Virus record (IMG/VR): IMGVR_UViG_3300032218_000733 | Span: 1-61,365 of that record | Direction: 5' to 3' (one strand) | Source: a virus | Lineage: Duplodnaviria; Caudoviricetes | DNA length: 61,365 bases | Part shown: in pieces, positions 18,291 through 28,309 of the stretch | Layout: the number at the start of each line of letters is the position of its first letter | Numbering within the stretch: the stretch's first letter is position 1 | Notes under the pieces: generated by a model | What the model was told of the DNA's origin: nothing | The model's input: the letters and a program-made list of their open reading frames with translations, nothing else | Databases searched by the model: none | Program-made: the position numbers and the translations under genes

Positions 18291-19093
18291 TATAGAGTAA
18301 ACATCTTTCCATCAACTACACAGCTATAATCTGGAGATACGTGAATCATCTGTACGTGAGGATACTCTCCATTTTCAATATGTGCAATGGCAAAACCTTT
18401 TTGCCAATCGTGGTGCTGAGTATATTTCATTCCTGGACCCTTTTCATCACACATGTGACCAATTTCATATCCACGAAGTGTTTCTCCAGCTCCGTTATTT
18501 CTAAGTTCATAAGTTACCATATGAGAAGCAATTCTATGTGAATGTCCTCTAATTAAAGATACTTGCATATCTTCCATATCTTTTCTAACAGATCCAGTTG
18601 CTGAAATTGATAAACCATGATGAACATGAATATCACCAAATCTTTTCTTCGGTAATTCGTTATAATAAATATATTCGTACCCTAAACTATCTAATGACCA
18701 CAAAGATTCTGGAGTTACGTCATTTAAATAATCTGGTAATTTAGCATCTACATAATTAAAGATACGCACATCATGATTACCTAATGCAGAAAATAACTGA
18801 GCTTCAGGTAGCATATCTCTTGTCTTTGCATAAAAATCTCTTGCTCCCTTTGCCTCATGCCTCATCATTGGAACAATTAAATCACGACTATCATCTTTAT
18901 GAAGTTGCATAAACTCTGCAGATCTTCCTTCTGTGTATTTACTATAGCAGGCCTGATCATCCGTATCTCCAAGATAGTCAACAACATCTGGCTTAAACCA
19001 TTTCATAACCTTAAACCATAGGGCAATCATCTTATCATCTTGATATGGAAACTGTTGATCGGATGAAAGCATCCATTTTAAATCGTTACTCAT
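18290..19093 (-). CDS. Calcineurin-like metallophosphoesterase
   Basis: SDQQ, GD..D, GNHD, HHG, GHSHR. Confidence 0.85.
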   Translation of the reverse strand: MSNDLKWMLSSDQQFPYQDDKMIALWFKVMKWFKPDVVDYLGDTDDQACYSKYTEGRSAEFMQLHKDDSRDLIVPMMRHEAKGARDFYAKTRDMLPEAQLFSALGNHDVRIFNYVDAKLPDYLNDVTPESLWSLDSLGYEYIYYNELPKKRFGDIHVHHGLSISATGSVRKDMEDMQVSLIRGHSHRIASHMVTYELRNNGAGETLRGYEIGHMCDEKGPGMKYTQHHDWQKGFAIAHIENGEYPHVQMIHVSPDYSCVVDGKMFTL

Positions 19094-19109
19094 TATCTAC
19101 CTTAATACG

Positions 19110-19133
19110 AAAAAAGCCACAATACGTGACTTT
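19110..19133 (-). terminator. Intrinsic terminator-like hairpin
   Basis: AAAGTCAC-GTATT-GTGGCTTT followed by TTT on the minus strand. Confidence 0.55.
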
Positions 19134-19145
19134 GATGTTACAGCA

Positions 19146-19173
19146 ATTGTAACATATTGATTTAGCTTGTCAA
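19146..19173 (-). promoter_or_regulatory. Sigma70-type promoter for the replication module
   Basis: TTGACA-16 nt-(TGT)TACAAT; the -10 is overlapped by an 8-bp inverted repeat ATGTTACA-N5-TGTAACAT. Confidence 0.75.
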
Positions 19174-19175
19174 CA

Positions 19176-19607
19176 CTATCCTACAGATTTTAGCTGGATA
19201 GCAATATAATTAATTGTAATCGTTGTTTTTAATGCTGCTTCTGTAAGAACTTCAACGATTCCTAAACCGTTTTCTACATATGAGGCAACAGTGATACCTT
19301 TATCTTTTTCTAATGCCTGTGCAACAGATGCAACTATTGTTATAGGCTTTGATGTATCAAATGAAGATGGAAAAGCTATAGACTTACTAGTTCTAACTTG
19401 ACCAGCTGTCCAATCTGTACTTGAAAACTTAATTGAATTGGCATAAACAATTGGAACAACAGATCCTTGAGAACCCTGTGTAGCATTGTATAATAAATTA
19501 GATGTTGCAAATGTATTTGTAATGTTTGACTGAAGAGTGTTTAAATCATTTGGATCTAGGGGAGCACCCTCTGCAAATGTTACTGTCTGAATTGAATTGT
19601 TAGCCAT
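19176..19607 (-). CDS. Hypothetical protein, probable virion/tail component
   Basis: TFAEGAPLDPNDLN N-terminus and beta-rich C-terminus; last gene of the tail operon. Confidence 0.6.
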   Translation of the reverse strand: MANNSIQTVTFAEGAPLDPNDLNTLQSNITNTFATSNLLYNATQGSQGSVVPIVYANSIKFSSTDWTAGQVRTSKSIAFPSSFDTSKPITIVASVAQALEKDKGITVASYVENGLGIVEVLTEAALKTTITINYIAIQLKSVG

Positions 19608-19999
19608 TATAAATTTTCCCCTAATTCTTGCATATCTATTTCTGCCTGACTGACTTCAATCATTACTGAACGATCTAATCCATATTTAATAAATGAATCA
19701 GGGTCTATAATATGTCGCCTTTTATTCTGTGAGACTAAATACATTTTACCATCTGCAATGTTCTTTATCAAAGTTCCATCACGAAATCCTAATTTGCCCA
19801 CTAATTTCATTCCCACCACCGCCGCCTCTGTTGCGTTCACGGTAGGAAAACACCAAGACGTGGCAGCACGATCAGATATAAGCTTAAATCGTTTGCCATC
19901 TTTAATCCAGTATGTTGCTTTGTCTGTCTTTACAGCCAAACCAGACGGGAATAGAGTGGGACTACTTACTATCTGTGCTAGTTGTTTCTTCTTGAACAT
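19607..19999 (-). CDS. Hypothetical protein with two internal repeats
   Basis: Start at MFKKK; two similar halves (YWIKDGKRFKL / YLVSQNKRRHI). Confidence 0.65.
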   Translation of the reverse strand: MFKKKQLAQIVSSPTLFPSGLAVKTDKATYWIKDGKRFKLISDRAATSWCFPTVNATEAAVVGMKLVGKLGFRDGTLIKNIADGKMYLVSQNKRRHIIDPDSFIKYGLDRSVMIEVSQAEIDMQELGENL

Positions 20000-20135
20000 C
20001 AGTATATCCCTTAATCTCTTCAGAAAGCATAGTAACTTCTGCACGTAAAATTGCAATTTGAGTTTCATAATTTGCGGACATTTGTCCGATTCTCTCCTGT
20101 AGGGCCTGTACTACTAATTCAATTTTTGTAGACAT
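19962..20135 (-). CDS. Small coiled-coil protein (57 aa)
   Basis: Hand translation MSTKIELVVQALQERIGQMSANYETQIAILRAEV...; absent from the ORF track. Confidence 0.65.
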   Translation of the reverse strand: MSTKIELVVQALQERIGQMSANYETQIAILRAEVTMLSEEIKGYTDVQEETTSTDSK

Positions 20136-20168
20136 TTTATTCCGTTCTGTTAGATTTAAAGGATACCA

Positions 20169-22772
20169 TTATCCTTCTAGGGCGTCAAGTCTCTGACTGA
20201 CTATATTTAATTTATTAGATAATTCCTGTATTGCTTTGACTATTGGCGAAACAAATTCATTATATACAAGTGCCTGGTGAGACTCTTCATCTTCTAGTCT
20301 GTCTACGGCCCATAAAGCTGCAGTATCATAAACTCCATGATTATCTAGAGTTTGTTTAACTTCTTGTGCAATAAATCCATAGTGATCTCTTACTCCAGGA
20401 TCACCCTCTTTATTTCTTTCTTTCCATTTAAATTTAATTGGTCTAAGGTCATTAATAAAGTTTAAGCCCAACGGAGACTCTTGTATGTCTTCCTTTAGTC
20501 TAAAGTCAGACGATACATTTGGATTATTAACTAAATATGTAGTTGTATATCTTAATGTTGACGGAGATATAACTCCAAGTGCTACATCGTTATTATAATA
20601 TGGGTACCAAGATGAAACCGTTCCTGCTGAGCTTTGAGAAATCATATTAATAGCATTAACTGCAAGGGCTGGTACAGATGTTCCTGTTCTTATAAAATTT
20701 GTTTTAAAATAATAAGAATCCGTTGATGATCCAACTGTTATATTTGGTGTTGAAATAGATACAGAAGATGTTATTGTTCCAGCATTAATTTTATCCGCTG
20801 AAATATACCCAGCATATACATATGCAGAATCAATTTCTGTTGCCGTAATTGTTCCTGCAGCAATCTTTGAAGCCGTAATAGCGTTAGCAGAAATTTTATC
20901 TGCAGTAATAGCATTGGCAGAAATTTTATCTGCCGTAATTGCATTAGCATTAATTTTATCTGCAGTAATAGCATTAGTTGCTATCTTATCTGCAATAATG
21001 GCACCTGCTTGAATTAATTCTGATGTAATTGCTAGAGCCGCAATTTTTCCAGTTGTAATTGATCCTCCTGCAATTGTTGTTTCTGTAACAGCATTTGCAG
21101 CAATTTTAGTTGCTATTACAGAACCAGTGGCCAAGTATGCTGATGTTATGCCACCCGATCCAATATCTGCAAGGGATCCTCCTGAAGAAACTTTTCCAGA
21201 TAAGCCAGACGATAAAGATGATGTTGTTGCATACCCAGATAAATCTGATGACGTTAATGCTGTTCCACCAGTAACAGTAATAGAACCAGATAAGGTAAGA
21301 GAGCCAGACGAACCAGTTGTTAAACTAAATTTACCGCTTGCTGTTCCATCTGCATTTCTATGAACAATACCTGATGGAGATATGTCTAAGTATGGAGCTG
21401 TTGTTGTTCCAACTGTTATTCCAGATGTATCGATTTTAATTGTTGGACTTGACGATGCATTTTGAAAATATGTAGTTCCTAATGCCCAACCACCTATTGT
21501 TCCAGAATTGGCTTTTATTACACCATTATTTGAAACGCTAAATGGAGCGCTTGCATATGTTGCATTTCCCAACCAAATTCCAGTTGCTGGCTCCGCCTTA
21601 AATATTGCATTGCTTGAACCAACTGATAAATTACCAGTAAATGTTCCACTTCCATTTATTGATAATGTTCCTGCATCTGTATCTAAATTAAATATTTCAG
21701 TTCCGCCACTTGAATATGCAACCATACCCTTTTGAACAGTATACCCAGAATTAGTAAAATCATTAACTGCACTTAATTCAATTCTAGATCCGCCAGAACT
21801 ACTTCCCACCCTCATCCATGAAGCAAAATTTCCACTACCCGCAACCAAATTTTCAATAGAAATTACTCCGCTTACAAGATCTACAAAGTTAGCCTTAGTG
21901 GGGATGACCGATGAAGAATTAATTCTAGTATAAGTTGGAGAACCATATTTTGTTCCATTTTTATTTACTGAATTGTAGTAATAAAAAATACTGGCCGAAT
22001 ACACATCTGAATTTGTAGAAAGACTTAATGCTTGTCTTAAGTTATCTAATCCAATATTTGTTTTATTTGATGTATCTTGAACTGTTAAACTTGCAACTAA
22101 ATTAGTAGAAGATATTCCAGAAGTGATACTGGAGCCCAGGTCTGATCCAACTGCATATATATCAATTGATTTAAATCCAGTAAATGTTGATGATGAATAT
22201 GTGCCTGGCCAATTAACAGAAACTGAAAATGGTGCTGTTGTAACTGATAACCCACTAGGAAGCGTAGGTGATTGAATTATTTCTCCTACCGCAAGAACCG
22301 TTTTTGTTACAGCAGAACTCACTGGAGACTTAACTCCACTTTTTGATATTGCATACAAAACAATTTGATATGTTCCAGCTGGGGCAGCAATTGTTGTTGT
22401 TCCAGGAGAATTAAAACTATATGCAGCTTTTGACCCATCAAATGGCGCTCCATCGATATAAACATCTATACGATCATAATTGATCATAGTTGAACTATCG
22501 TCTGATTTACCATCCCATGTAATGATTATTTTTTCTGGGCTAGTTACATCTATATTGCCTGAAGTAAAATTTGGAGTATTTGGTTCAGATTCTGCTGGTG
22601 TTACAATAATTTTTGCTGGGGACCATGTTGTATTAGATGTTTTATCTTTATATGTCCATTTAAATTGAATTGGATATGATTGATTTGGTTGAAGATCTGT
22701 TACTGTTACAACAAAATAATTACCGTCTTCATAAGAAACGGAAATATCTTTTAATAAATCTTCATTGGCCAT
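20169..22772 (-). CDS. Tail fibre/spike with FN3-like N-terminus and C-terminal peptidase S74 intramolecular chaperone
   Basis: SDFRLKEDI...GFIAQEV...KAIQEL; ITADKI.ANA repeats. Confidence 0.85.
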   Translation of the reverse strand: MANEDLLKDISVSYEDGNYFVVTVTDLQPNQSYPIQFKWTYKDKTSNTTWSPAKIIVTPAESEPNTPNFTSGNIDVTSPEKIIITWDGKSDDSSTMINYDRIDVYIDGAPFDGSKAAYSFNSPGTTTIAAPAGTYQIVLYAISKSGVKSPVSSAVTKTVLAVGEIIQSPTLPSGLSVTTAPFSVSVNWPGTYSSSTFTGFKSIDIYAVGSDLGSSITSGISSTNLVASLTVQDTSNKTNIGLDNLRQALSLSTNSDVYSASIFYYYNSVNKNGTKYGSPTYTRINSSSVIPTKANFVDLVSGVISIENLVAGSGNFASWMRVGSSSGGSRIELSAVNDFTNSGYTVQKGMVAYSSGGTEIFNLDTDAGTLSINGSGTFTGNLSVGSSNAIFKAEPATGIWLGNATYASAPFSVSNNGVIKANSGTIGGWALGTTYFQNASSSPTIKIDTSGITVGTTTAPYLDISPSGIVHRNADGTASGKFSLTTGSSGSLTLSGSITVTGGTALTSSDLSGYATTSSLSSGLSGKVSSGGSLADIGSGGITSAYLATGSVIATKIAANAVTETTIAGGSITTGKIAALAITSELIQAGAIIADKIATNAITADKINANAITADKISANAITADKISANAITASKIAAGTITATEIDSAYVYAGYISADKINAGTITSSVSISTPNITVGSSTDSYYFKTNFIRTGTSVPALAVNAINMISQSSAGTVSSWYPYYNNDVALGVISPSTLRYTTTYLVNNPNVSSDFRLKEDIQESPLGLNFINDLRPIKFKWKERNKEGDPGVRDHYGFIAQEVKQTLDNHGVYDTAALWAVDRLEDEESHQALVYNEFVSPIVKAIQELSNKLNIVSQRLDALEG
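20862..21120 (-). repeat. 30-nt (10-aa) coding tandem repeats, (A)NAITADKI(S/N/A)
   Basis: Visible in protein and DNA; boundaries approximate. Confidence 0.8.
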
Positions 22773-22773
22773 A

Positions 22774-23712
22774 CTAGAAGCCTAAATCTAATCTATATTC
22801 TACATCTACTGTTCTACCAGCAGACTTATTTAATGTAGTCTCGAGAACGGCTCTGCTAATCAGTCCAAATGTCGGATCGAATGTATCCTCATCATTTATT
22901 CTTAATCCGTCCATATTTACAGAAGTATTATTACCAGATGTTGGAGTAATTACAATTCCAACTTTATTAATCTGTGACTTAACTGGGGAACCAGTAGGAT
23001 TTGAAAATACATCATTTAATAATATATTATCTGAAATATAATATCCAGATGAAACTGGCGTTGGAATTATTGTTGAATAATAATCTGTATCTGAACTATA
23101 AAATTTAATTTCTATGCTAGATAGATGTGAATCATTTACATAATATGCTAATCTAACTGAATCATTTACGCTATATCCCGCCAAATTTAATCCAGTTACT
23201 GTTGCAGTATATTCATTTGCTGATTGATTTGAAGAACTCATAGTTAAAGAACTTGATCCAATATTAGTTCCTGTTGTGGATGTTGCAGGATTATATCCAT
23301 TTGAGTCTGTCCAATCAATAAGATAACTAAAATCTGTAATCATTTTACTATCGTAATCATTTTGAGATGTTCTATTTGATGGATATAATCCAATTTCATT
23401 AATTTGTGCAGCCACATCTTGTGGAATAGTTGTTTTATATATAATAGAATATGTTGTTATATTTCCAGAAGTTTGAATATCTGTTGTTCCAATTTTAATT
23501 GGCAATCGATAAAACTCAAACCCTAATCGTGAATCATTTCCATCGGCATCGACTGCTGTTGTATCAATACCAAATGCCATGTCTTTTTGAGACGAGCCTA
23601 TATTTCCAGCCAAAAAGTTAGTTAAAAACCTTCTACCAAATTTAGTTATAATATTTGAGGCACGATAAATTTCTTTACCGTCTTCATAGAATATATATGT
23701 ACCTTTAATCAT
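22774..23712 (-). CDS. Minor tail/baseplate protein
   Basis: NIITKFG...EIGLYP...VEYRL; position in the tail operon. Confidence 0.65.
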   Translation of the reverse strand: MIKGTYIFYEDGKEIYRASNIITKFGRRFLTNFLAGNIGSSQKDMAFGIDTTAVDADGNDSRLGFEFYRLPIKIGTTDIQTSGNITTYSIIYKTTIPQDVAAQINEIGLYPSNRTSQNDYDSKMITDFSYLIDWTDSNGYNPATSTTGTNIGSSSLTMSSSNQSANEYTATVTGLNLAGYSVNDSVRLAYYVNDSHLSSIEIKFYSSDTDYYSTIIPTPVSSGYYISDNILLNDVFSNPTGSPVKSQINKVGIVITPTSGNNTSVNMDGLRINDEDTFDPTFGLISRAVLETTLNKSAGRTVDVEYRLDLGF

Positions 23713-24146
23713 TATGCGAAAGGATTGTAAATCCTTGCGTCCACCCCCTCAACATTATTTTTATTTTTACTTGAATTTCTAATTTTAATAAAACATTTAT
23801 ATTTTGCAACTCCGCTTTCATAATACTCTTCATAAGTAACACTCTCTATATCAGTTAAACTAACAACATCTAATTTTGTAACATCCCATTCAGCACCAGG
23901 TTTGGCTGGATTTGGAATGGTTATTTCAACCGTCGGTATAGTTTCATTTGGAGTACCAGATGATATAACGCCATCTCCAGAAACTCCTGATGGAAACCCA
24001 GACATATATTTTGTTTGAAGTGATCCCCCTTTAATTCCGATATAAGAAGATGGGTCCATAAACAAAGCATCGGTGCTGTTGACATCAAGGATTATAGGGG
24101 CACCCTTGACTATCTTTTGAGCTGGAATTCTATTTTCTATAGCCAT
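23712..24146 (-). CDS. Hypothetical tail-region protein (leaderless)
   Basis: TGGTATAAT 7 nt upstream of the ATG. Confidence 0.65.
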   Translation of the reverse strand: MAIENRIPAQKIVKGAPIILDVNSTDALFMDPSSYIGIKGGSLQTKYMSGFPSGVSGDGVISSGTPNETIPTVEITIPNPAKPGAEWDVTKLDVVSLTDIESVTYEEYYESGVAKYKCFIKIRNSSKNKNNVEGVDARIYNPFA

Positions 24147-24171
24147 AATTTTTATTATACCATTTAGTTGC

Positions 24172-25875
24172 CTAAAGAGTTCGGCAAACTAGTGTGGTCT
24201 CCAATCCTTGATTATAAGACTGTGTAATGCTCACAACAATTAATTTTTCAGTTCCATGAAATCCAACATATTCATGTCTTGCTGTAATAATATCACCAAC
24301 TGAAATAAGAGGGTTTCCAAATACTGGTATATTAATAACCTTGCCCCTATTTACAACATGGTCCTTAATCCAATTTGCTAAACTCTTTACATCATTTTCA
24401 TTTTGTAACCAGCTAGATTCAAAGATTACTGGCTCTTTTGTAACAAATTCTCCTAGGTCGTCTGTTGTATATTCTAAGGTTCCAGAATCTCCCAAAGTAT
24501 TACCATACATAAAAAAGGTATTTGCTCCGCCATCTGCTAAAGGTATAGTCGTTGAAGAATTATTTAAAACATATGCTTCCATGCCAAAATTAGAAACCTT
24601 TGAACCTAAAAGATTAACTAGTTTATTAGATCCAGTTGTTAAATTTACTGGATACACTGGCTTATCAAATTTAGTATTAACATAAAGAATTTCTCTAGCC
24701 ACTGTTCCAAATTCATCTAGGGCAACTTTTTTCCAGTTTATATCTTCTTGTGCAGATAAATTATTATAAAGAATATTACCATATGCAACATCTACTAAAT
24801 CATTTGAAAATTGACCTTCATAAATATTTAATTGATAATCTTGTTTTTCATATTTTGCTTGATCAATTGCAAGTCCATAAATATAGTCAAAGTACGCTGT
24901 GCCTTGTCCGCATATTAAGCCAACTGTTTGAGTTGGGGGCAGTATCTCTTGTATACCATTAGCTGGATTATTATCATATTGATCTGTAGCTGTAATTTTA
25001 AAACCATTAATATATGCAACTATTTCTAATGCAGTACCAGTAACTTTTACCTTTACATCAATATTATAAGACTTTCCTGCAAATACACCTTGTAGCGCAG
25101 AGCTTTCTGTTTTTTGTGTATCTGACAAAAGTCTCATTTGCTTGCCTTTTGTTTTTATAATTCTGACAGCTTTTCTATCTTTAGATGCAGCAGATGCTAA
25201 ATTTTCAATTAAAATTGCATATCCATCACATCCCTGCCCAGCCACAAAAAATGACATGCCTGCTTCTTGATTTAAATTATCTATATTTGAAGACATAAAG
25301 ATTGATGTTCCAAATGAATAATATTTTGTATTAGTGTAGTTTTTAATTGTCTGAGTTACGTCACCATTCTGTATAGCAACATCTGTACTGGCAGATAAAT
25401 CAATCGCATTAAATGTTCTATAAGCAGTTGAATATGTTCCTTTGATTGATGATTTTTGAGATAATGTTAAATAAGATTTTCCAGAAGTTAGTTGTGCTGG
25501 AGTAGATGTGCCTCCAACAATTCCTATACTAGTATTTGTTTTTGACATGGTATATGCATCTAAAATTGCATTACCATATGTTATGCCAACAAAAGCCTTT
25601 GTAGTAAACTCATATTTAGCACCAGAAGTTAATCCAGTTACTAAAACGGGCAATGAGTAACTAGTAACAGTTCCATAAGAACCATAACTTGTATCTGGTG
25701 CTCCATTAGATAGAAGTTTTTGGTATGAAACAGAATAAGAATCTGGTTGCTGTGTCATATTTATAACTTGAACATTTATTGAAACAGACGTTGTAGATGG
25801 CTGACTTATCTGTGTGCTATATTGTAAATTGATGGCAGAATTATTTCCACTAGAGATGATATCTGGGTCACGCAT
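24172..25875 (-). CDS. Minor tail protein; FN3-like and beta-sandwich regions plus baseplate-hub C-terminal part
   Basis: VTGLTSGAKYEF FN3 motif; C-terminal GNPLISVGDII...ITQSY. Start set at the TAATG overlap, SD GAGGTGG. Confidence 0.65.
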   Translation of the reverse strand: MRDPDIISSGNNSAINLQYSTQISQPSTTSVSINVQVINMTQQPDSYSVSYQKLLSNGAPDTSYGSYGTVTSYSLPVLVTGLTSGAKYEFTTKAFVGITYGNAILDAYTMSKTNTSIGIVGGTSTPAQLTSGKSYLTLSQKSSIKGTYSTAYRTFNAIDLSASTDVAIQNGDVTQTIKNYTNTKYYSFGTSIFMSSNIDNLNQEAGMSFFVAGQGCDGYAILIENLASAASKDRKAVRIIKTKGKQMRLLSDTQKTESSALQGVFAGKSYNIDVKVKVTGTALEIVAYINGFKITATDQYDNNPANGIQEILPPTQTVGLICGQGTAYFDYIYGLAIDQAKYEKQDYQLNIYEGQFSNDLVDVAYGNILYNNLSAQEDINWKKVALDEFGTVAREILYVNTKFDKPVYPVNLTTGSNKLVNLLGSKVSNFGMEAYVLNNSSTTIPLADGGANTFFMYGNTLGDSGTLEYTTDDLGEFVTKEPVIFESSWLQNENDVKSLANWIKDHVVNRGKVINIPVFGNPLISVGDIITARHEYVGFHGTEKLIVVSITQSYNQGLETTLVCRTL

Positions 25876-27839
25876 TAGTTCCACACCACCTCTCTTGCAT
25901 ACCAGTCAGTTAATTTATTCTCTGGTACTGCAAAGTGATTTGTTTTAGTTGTTCCAAGTGCGCCTCTAGTCTTAACCTTATAGAAACCTGTTGGTTTTAT
26001 ATATGCAGTTTGAGATGGAAGTTTAGGATCTGAATATCCAGGCTTAGACAAATAATAATACTTATTTAAATCAGAAGAATTATAAACCCATACTGTTTGA
26101 TCTGCGCTATTATCCTTCGGAGTATATTTATATTGTATTGCTTCATATTCAATAATTTCTGAATCAATTAATAGATAGCCTGCAAAATTAAATAGGGATT
26201 GGTATCCGCTATAATCTTCTACAGTATTTGTATTTAATTTTAAAGATGTGTCTTCTGCCGATTGTGATTCCAATATATCTGCGCCTAATCCGCCTGCGCT
26301 TAAAAATGTAATTGGAGACTTCCACAGATCTGTTGATGCTCCAACATATTGAGATGCAATTGGAGTTTTCCAAAGTACTTTAACTTGATTAGCTGAAGCA
26401 ACATCCTGTTGAGAAAAATCAATTATATTTGGCAGCTGTGTATCTCCATCATCTCCATAAAAGAATTGCCAATTAACATCTGTTCTTCCATACATATAGT
26501 CCCTACTATAAAACTGTAGAACATTATCATCATCAAAATAGGCGTTCATTTGAATATCTCTGCATAGGTCTTGAATTGATTGCCATACTGTTTGATTTCC
26601 ATCCGTCCAAAAATAATTAATAAACGGAATAGAGGTATCATCTGTATTTATATTAAATGCATAATTAGTAAACCCAATTGAGTCAAGTAGTCTTCTTAAT
26701 ATTGCTGTAACTGGGTATGCTTCGCATAAAATTTGTGGGGCAATCATTTCCATTAAATATTTAGATCCATCTAGGGCATTAATTGTTATTTCTCCATATA
26801 TAGATATGTCTGATGTATCTAAAAAGTATGTTCCTTGTGAGACCTTATCATATTTTATACTGCCGCTTGTTATTGCTCCATCTGCATGATATACAATAAT
26901 ATATGGTTTAATCTCTGCATTCTTAACCATATAAGTAAGGCTGGTATCAATTGATGTATCTGCACGATTGTATGACTTAACTTTAATAAATTCTTGATCA
27001 TACTTAACCATTTCTAATGTTAAGCTATTTGAAGTAACATTGCCTACAGGTAATATATCTGTTTGACTAGATGAAGATTCTTTATTAATATTAAATGTAA
27101 CTATGTCTGAAGATATATCTTTAATCCATCTAGCTGATATTTCTATTACTCCTACAATCCCGCCTGGATTTACCGCCGTTAAATGAATTGATTTGATTAA
27201 AATTGGATCTGCATAGGAAACGGTCTCAGAGGGTGCTGTGTTGGACCAAGAAGTTCCGTTGTAGTAAAGAGCTGCACGTCCATCTGAAGAAGGCGCATAT
27301 GGCCCTACAGTGACCGTAGAGTCGTCTGATTTAGTAATAATTGCAGTATATGTGGACGGCAGAGTATGATACTTTTCAAAAGATATAGCTATCTTATTAG
27401 TCACAGCATATTTAGTTCCAGTCTTAACATAATTAACTGTAAGATCAACATTTGAATTTACTGGAGTAACCCAATATTTATATACTGTAGATACGCCTGG
27501 ATAATAAATTCTTGGCTGAGTATTTGGATATTGTAATGTTTTAAAGCCCGAAAAACTATTTACTGTTGTATCACTTGGCACCATAATAAAATACTTAACG
27601 CCAGAATTTAATGGCCTAAATGCCTTAACAACTGAATCTACTGGGAATAATTTTTTAAAAGGGTTGGGCCTAGTTGAAGGCCAATTACTTATTTGATCCG
27701 TATATACTGTATCAGCAATTGTTGATGTGACATCAATTTCATCTAACATCAAATTCATATTATATTCAATAGTTGCAGCAACACCAGTTTTTACAGTTGT
27801 GCTGTTTTTAAATATATTTTTTAACGCCTCGCTTGCCAT
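25875..27839 (-). CDS. Minor tail protein, baseplate hub (Tal-like) N-terminal part
   Basis: Follows the Dit-like gene; TVWQSIQDL....YFDDDNVLQF hub-like pattern. Start MASEAL at a TAATG overlap. Confidence 0.65.
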   Translation of the reverse strand: MASEALKNIFKNSTTVKTGVAATIEYNMNLMLDEIDVTSTIADTVYTDQISNWPSTRPNPFKKLFPVDSVVKAFRPLNSGVKYFIMVPSDTTVNSFSGFKTLQYPNTQPRIYYPGVSTVYKYWVTPVNSNVDLTVNYVKTGTKYAVTNKIAISFEKYHTLPSTYTAIITKSDDSTVTVGPYAPSSDGRAALYYNGTSWSNTAPSETVSYADPILIKSIHLTAVNPGGIVGVIEISARWIKDISSDIVTFNINKESSSSQTDILPVGNVTSNSLTLEMVKYDQEFIKVKSYNRADTSIDTSLTYMVKNAEIKPYIIVYHADGAITSGSIKYDKVSQGTYFLDTSDISIYGEITINALDGSKYLMEMIAPQILCEAYPVTAILRRLLDSIGFTNYAFNINTDDTSIPFINYFWTDGNQTVWQSIQDLCRDIQMNAYFDDDNVLQFYSRDYMYGRTDVNWQFFYGDDGDTQLPNIIDFSQQDVASANQVKVLWKTPIASQYVGASTDLWKSPITFLSAGGLGADILESQSAEDTSLKLNTNTVEDYSGYQSLFNFAGYLLIDSEIIEYEAIQYKYTPKDNSADQTVWVYNSSDLNKYYYLSKPGYSDPKLPSQTAYIKPTGFYKVKTRGALGTTKTNHFAVPENKLTDWYAREVVWN

Positions 27840-28309
27840 TATACCTCTTCCAGTGAAAGAGATACATTCCAAAATGGTTGTAGTCCACGTTTTAAAACAA
27901 CAAACGAAGCATCTGTTATTGAAACTGTGTATTCTTCATATCCGCTAGATTCTTGATTGGATCCAGCCTTTGCAAGATTTACTCTAATTCCAAATGTTGT
28001 GCCTTGATTAGCATTATAAAACGCTCTTATATCCTCAGCTCCCCATGCACCATCAACAGTTAATGTTCTGTATGAAGGAAGCATATTCCATGAAAGACCA
28101 AATTTTTGTTTATCCACATTCCAATATTTACGCAGTGCTCCATTTGCCATTCTCTGGGTTTTTTCAATACGCATTGGAGTAATATTAAATTCAGAACGAT
28201 TATGCTCTGTTACTTTATTCCATTTTGCCGTCCCATCTCCGCCATTAGCAGAAAGGTCGGTGGCATAAATCTGAAGTATAGAACCTCTAGGCATTACCAT
28301 AGCTGTCAT
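27839..28309 (-). CDS. Distal tail (Dit-like) protein
   Basis: Directly after the tape measure; RMANGALR..., ends VSLSLEEV. Confidence 0.6.
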   Translation of the reverse strand: MTAMVMPRGSILQIYATDLSANGGDGTAKWNKVTEHNRSEFNITPMRIEKTQRMANGALRKYWNVDKQKFGLSWNMLPSYRTLTVDGAWGAEDIRAFYNANQGTTFGIRVNLAKAGSNQESSGYEEYTVSITDASFVVLKRGLQPFWNVSLSLEEV

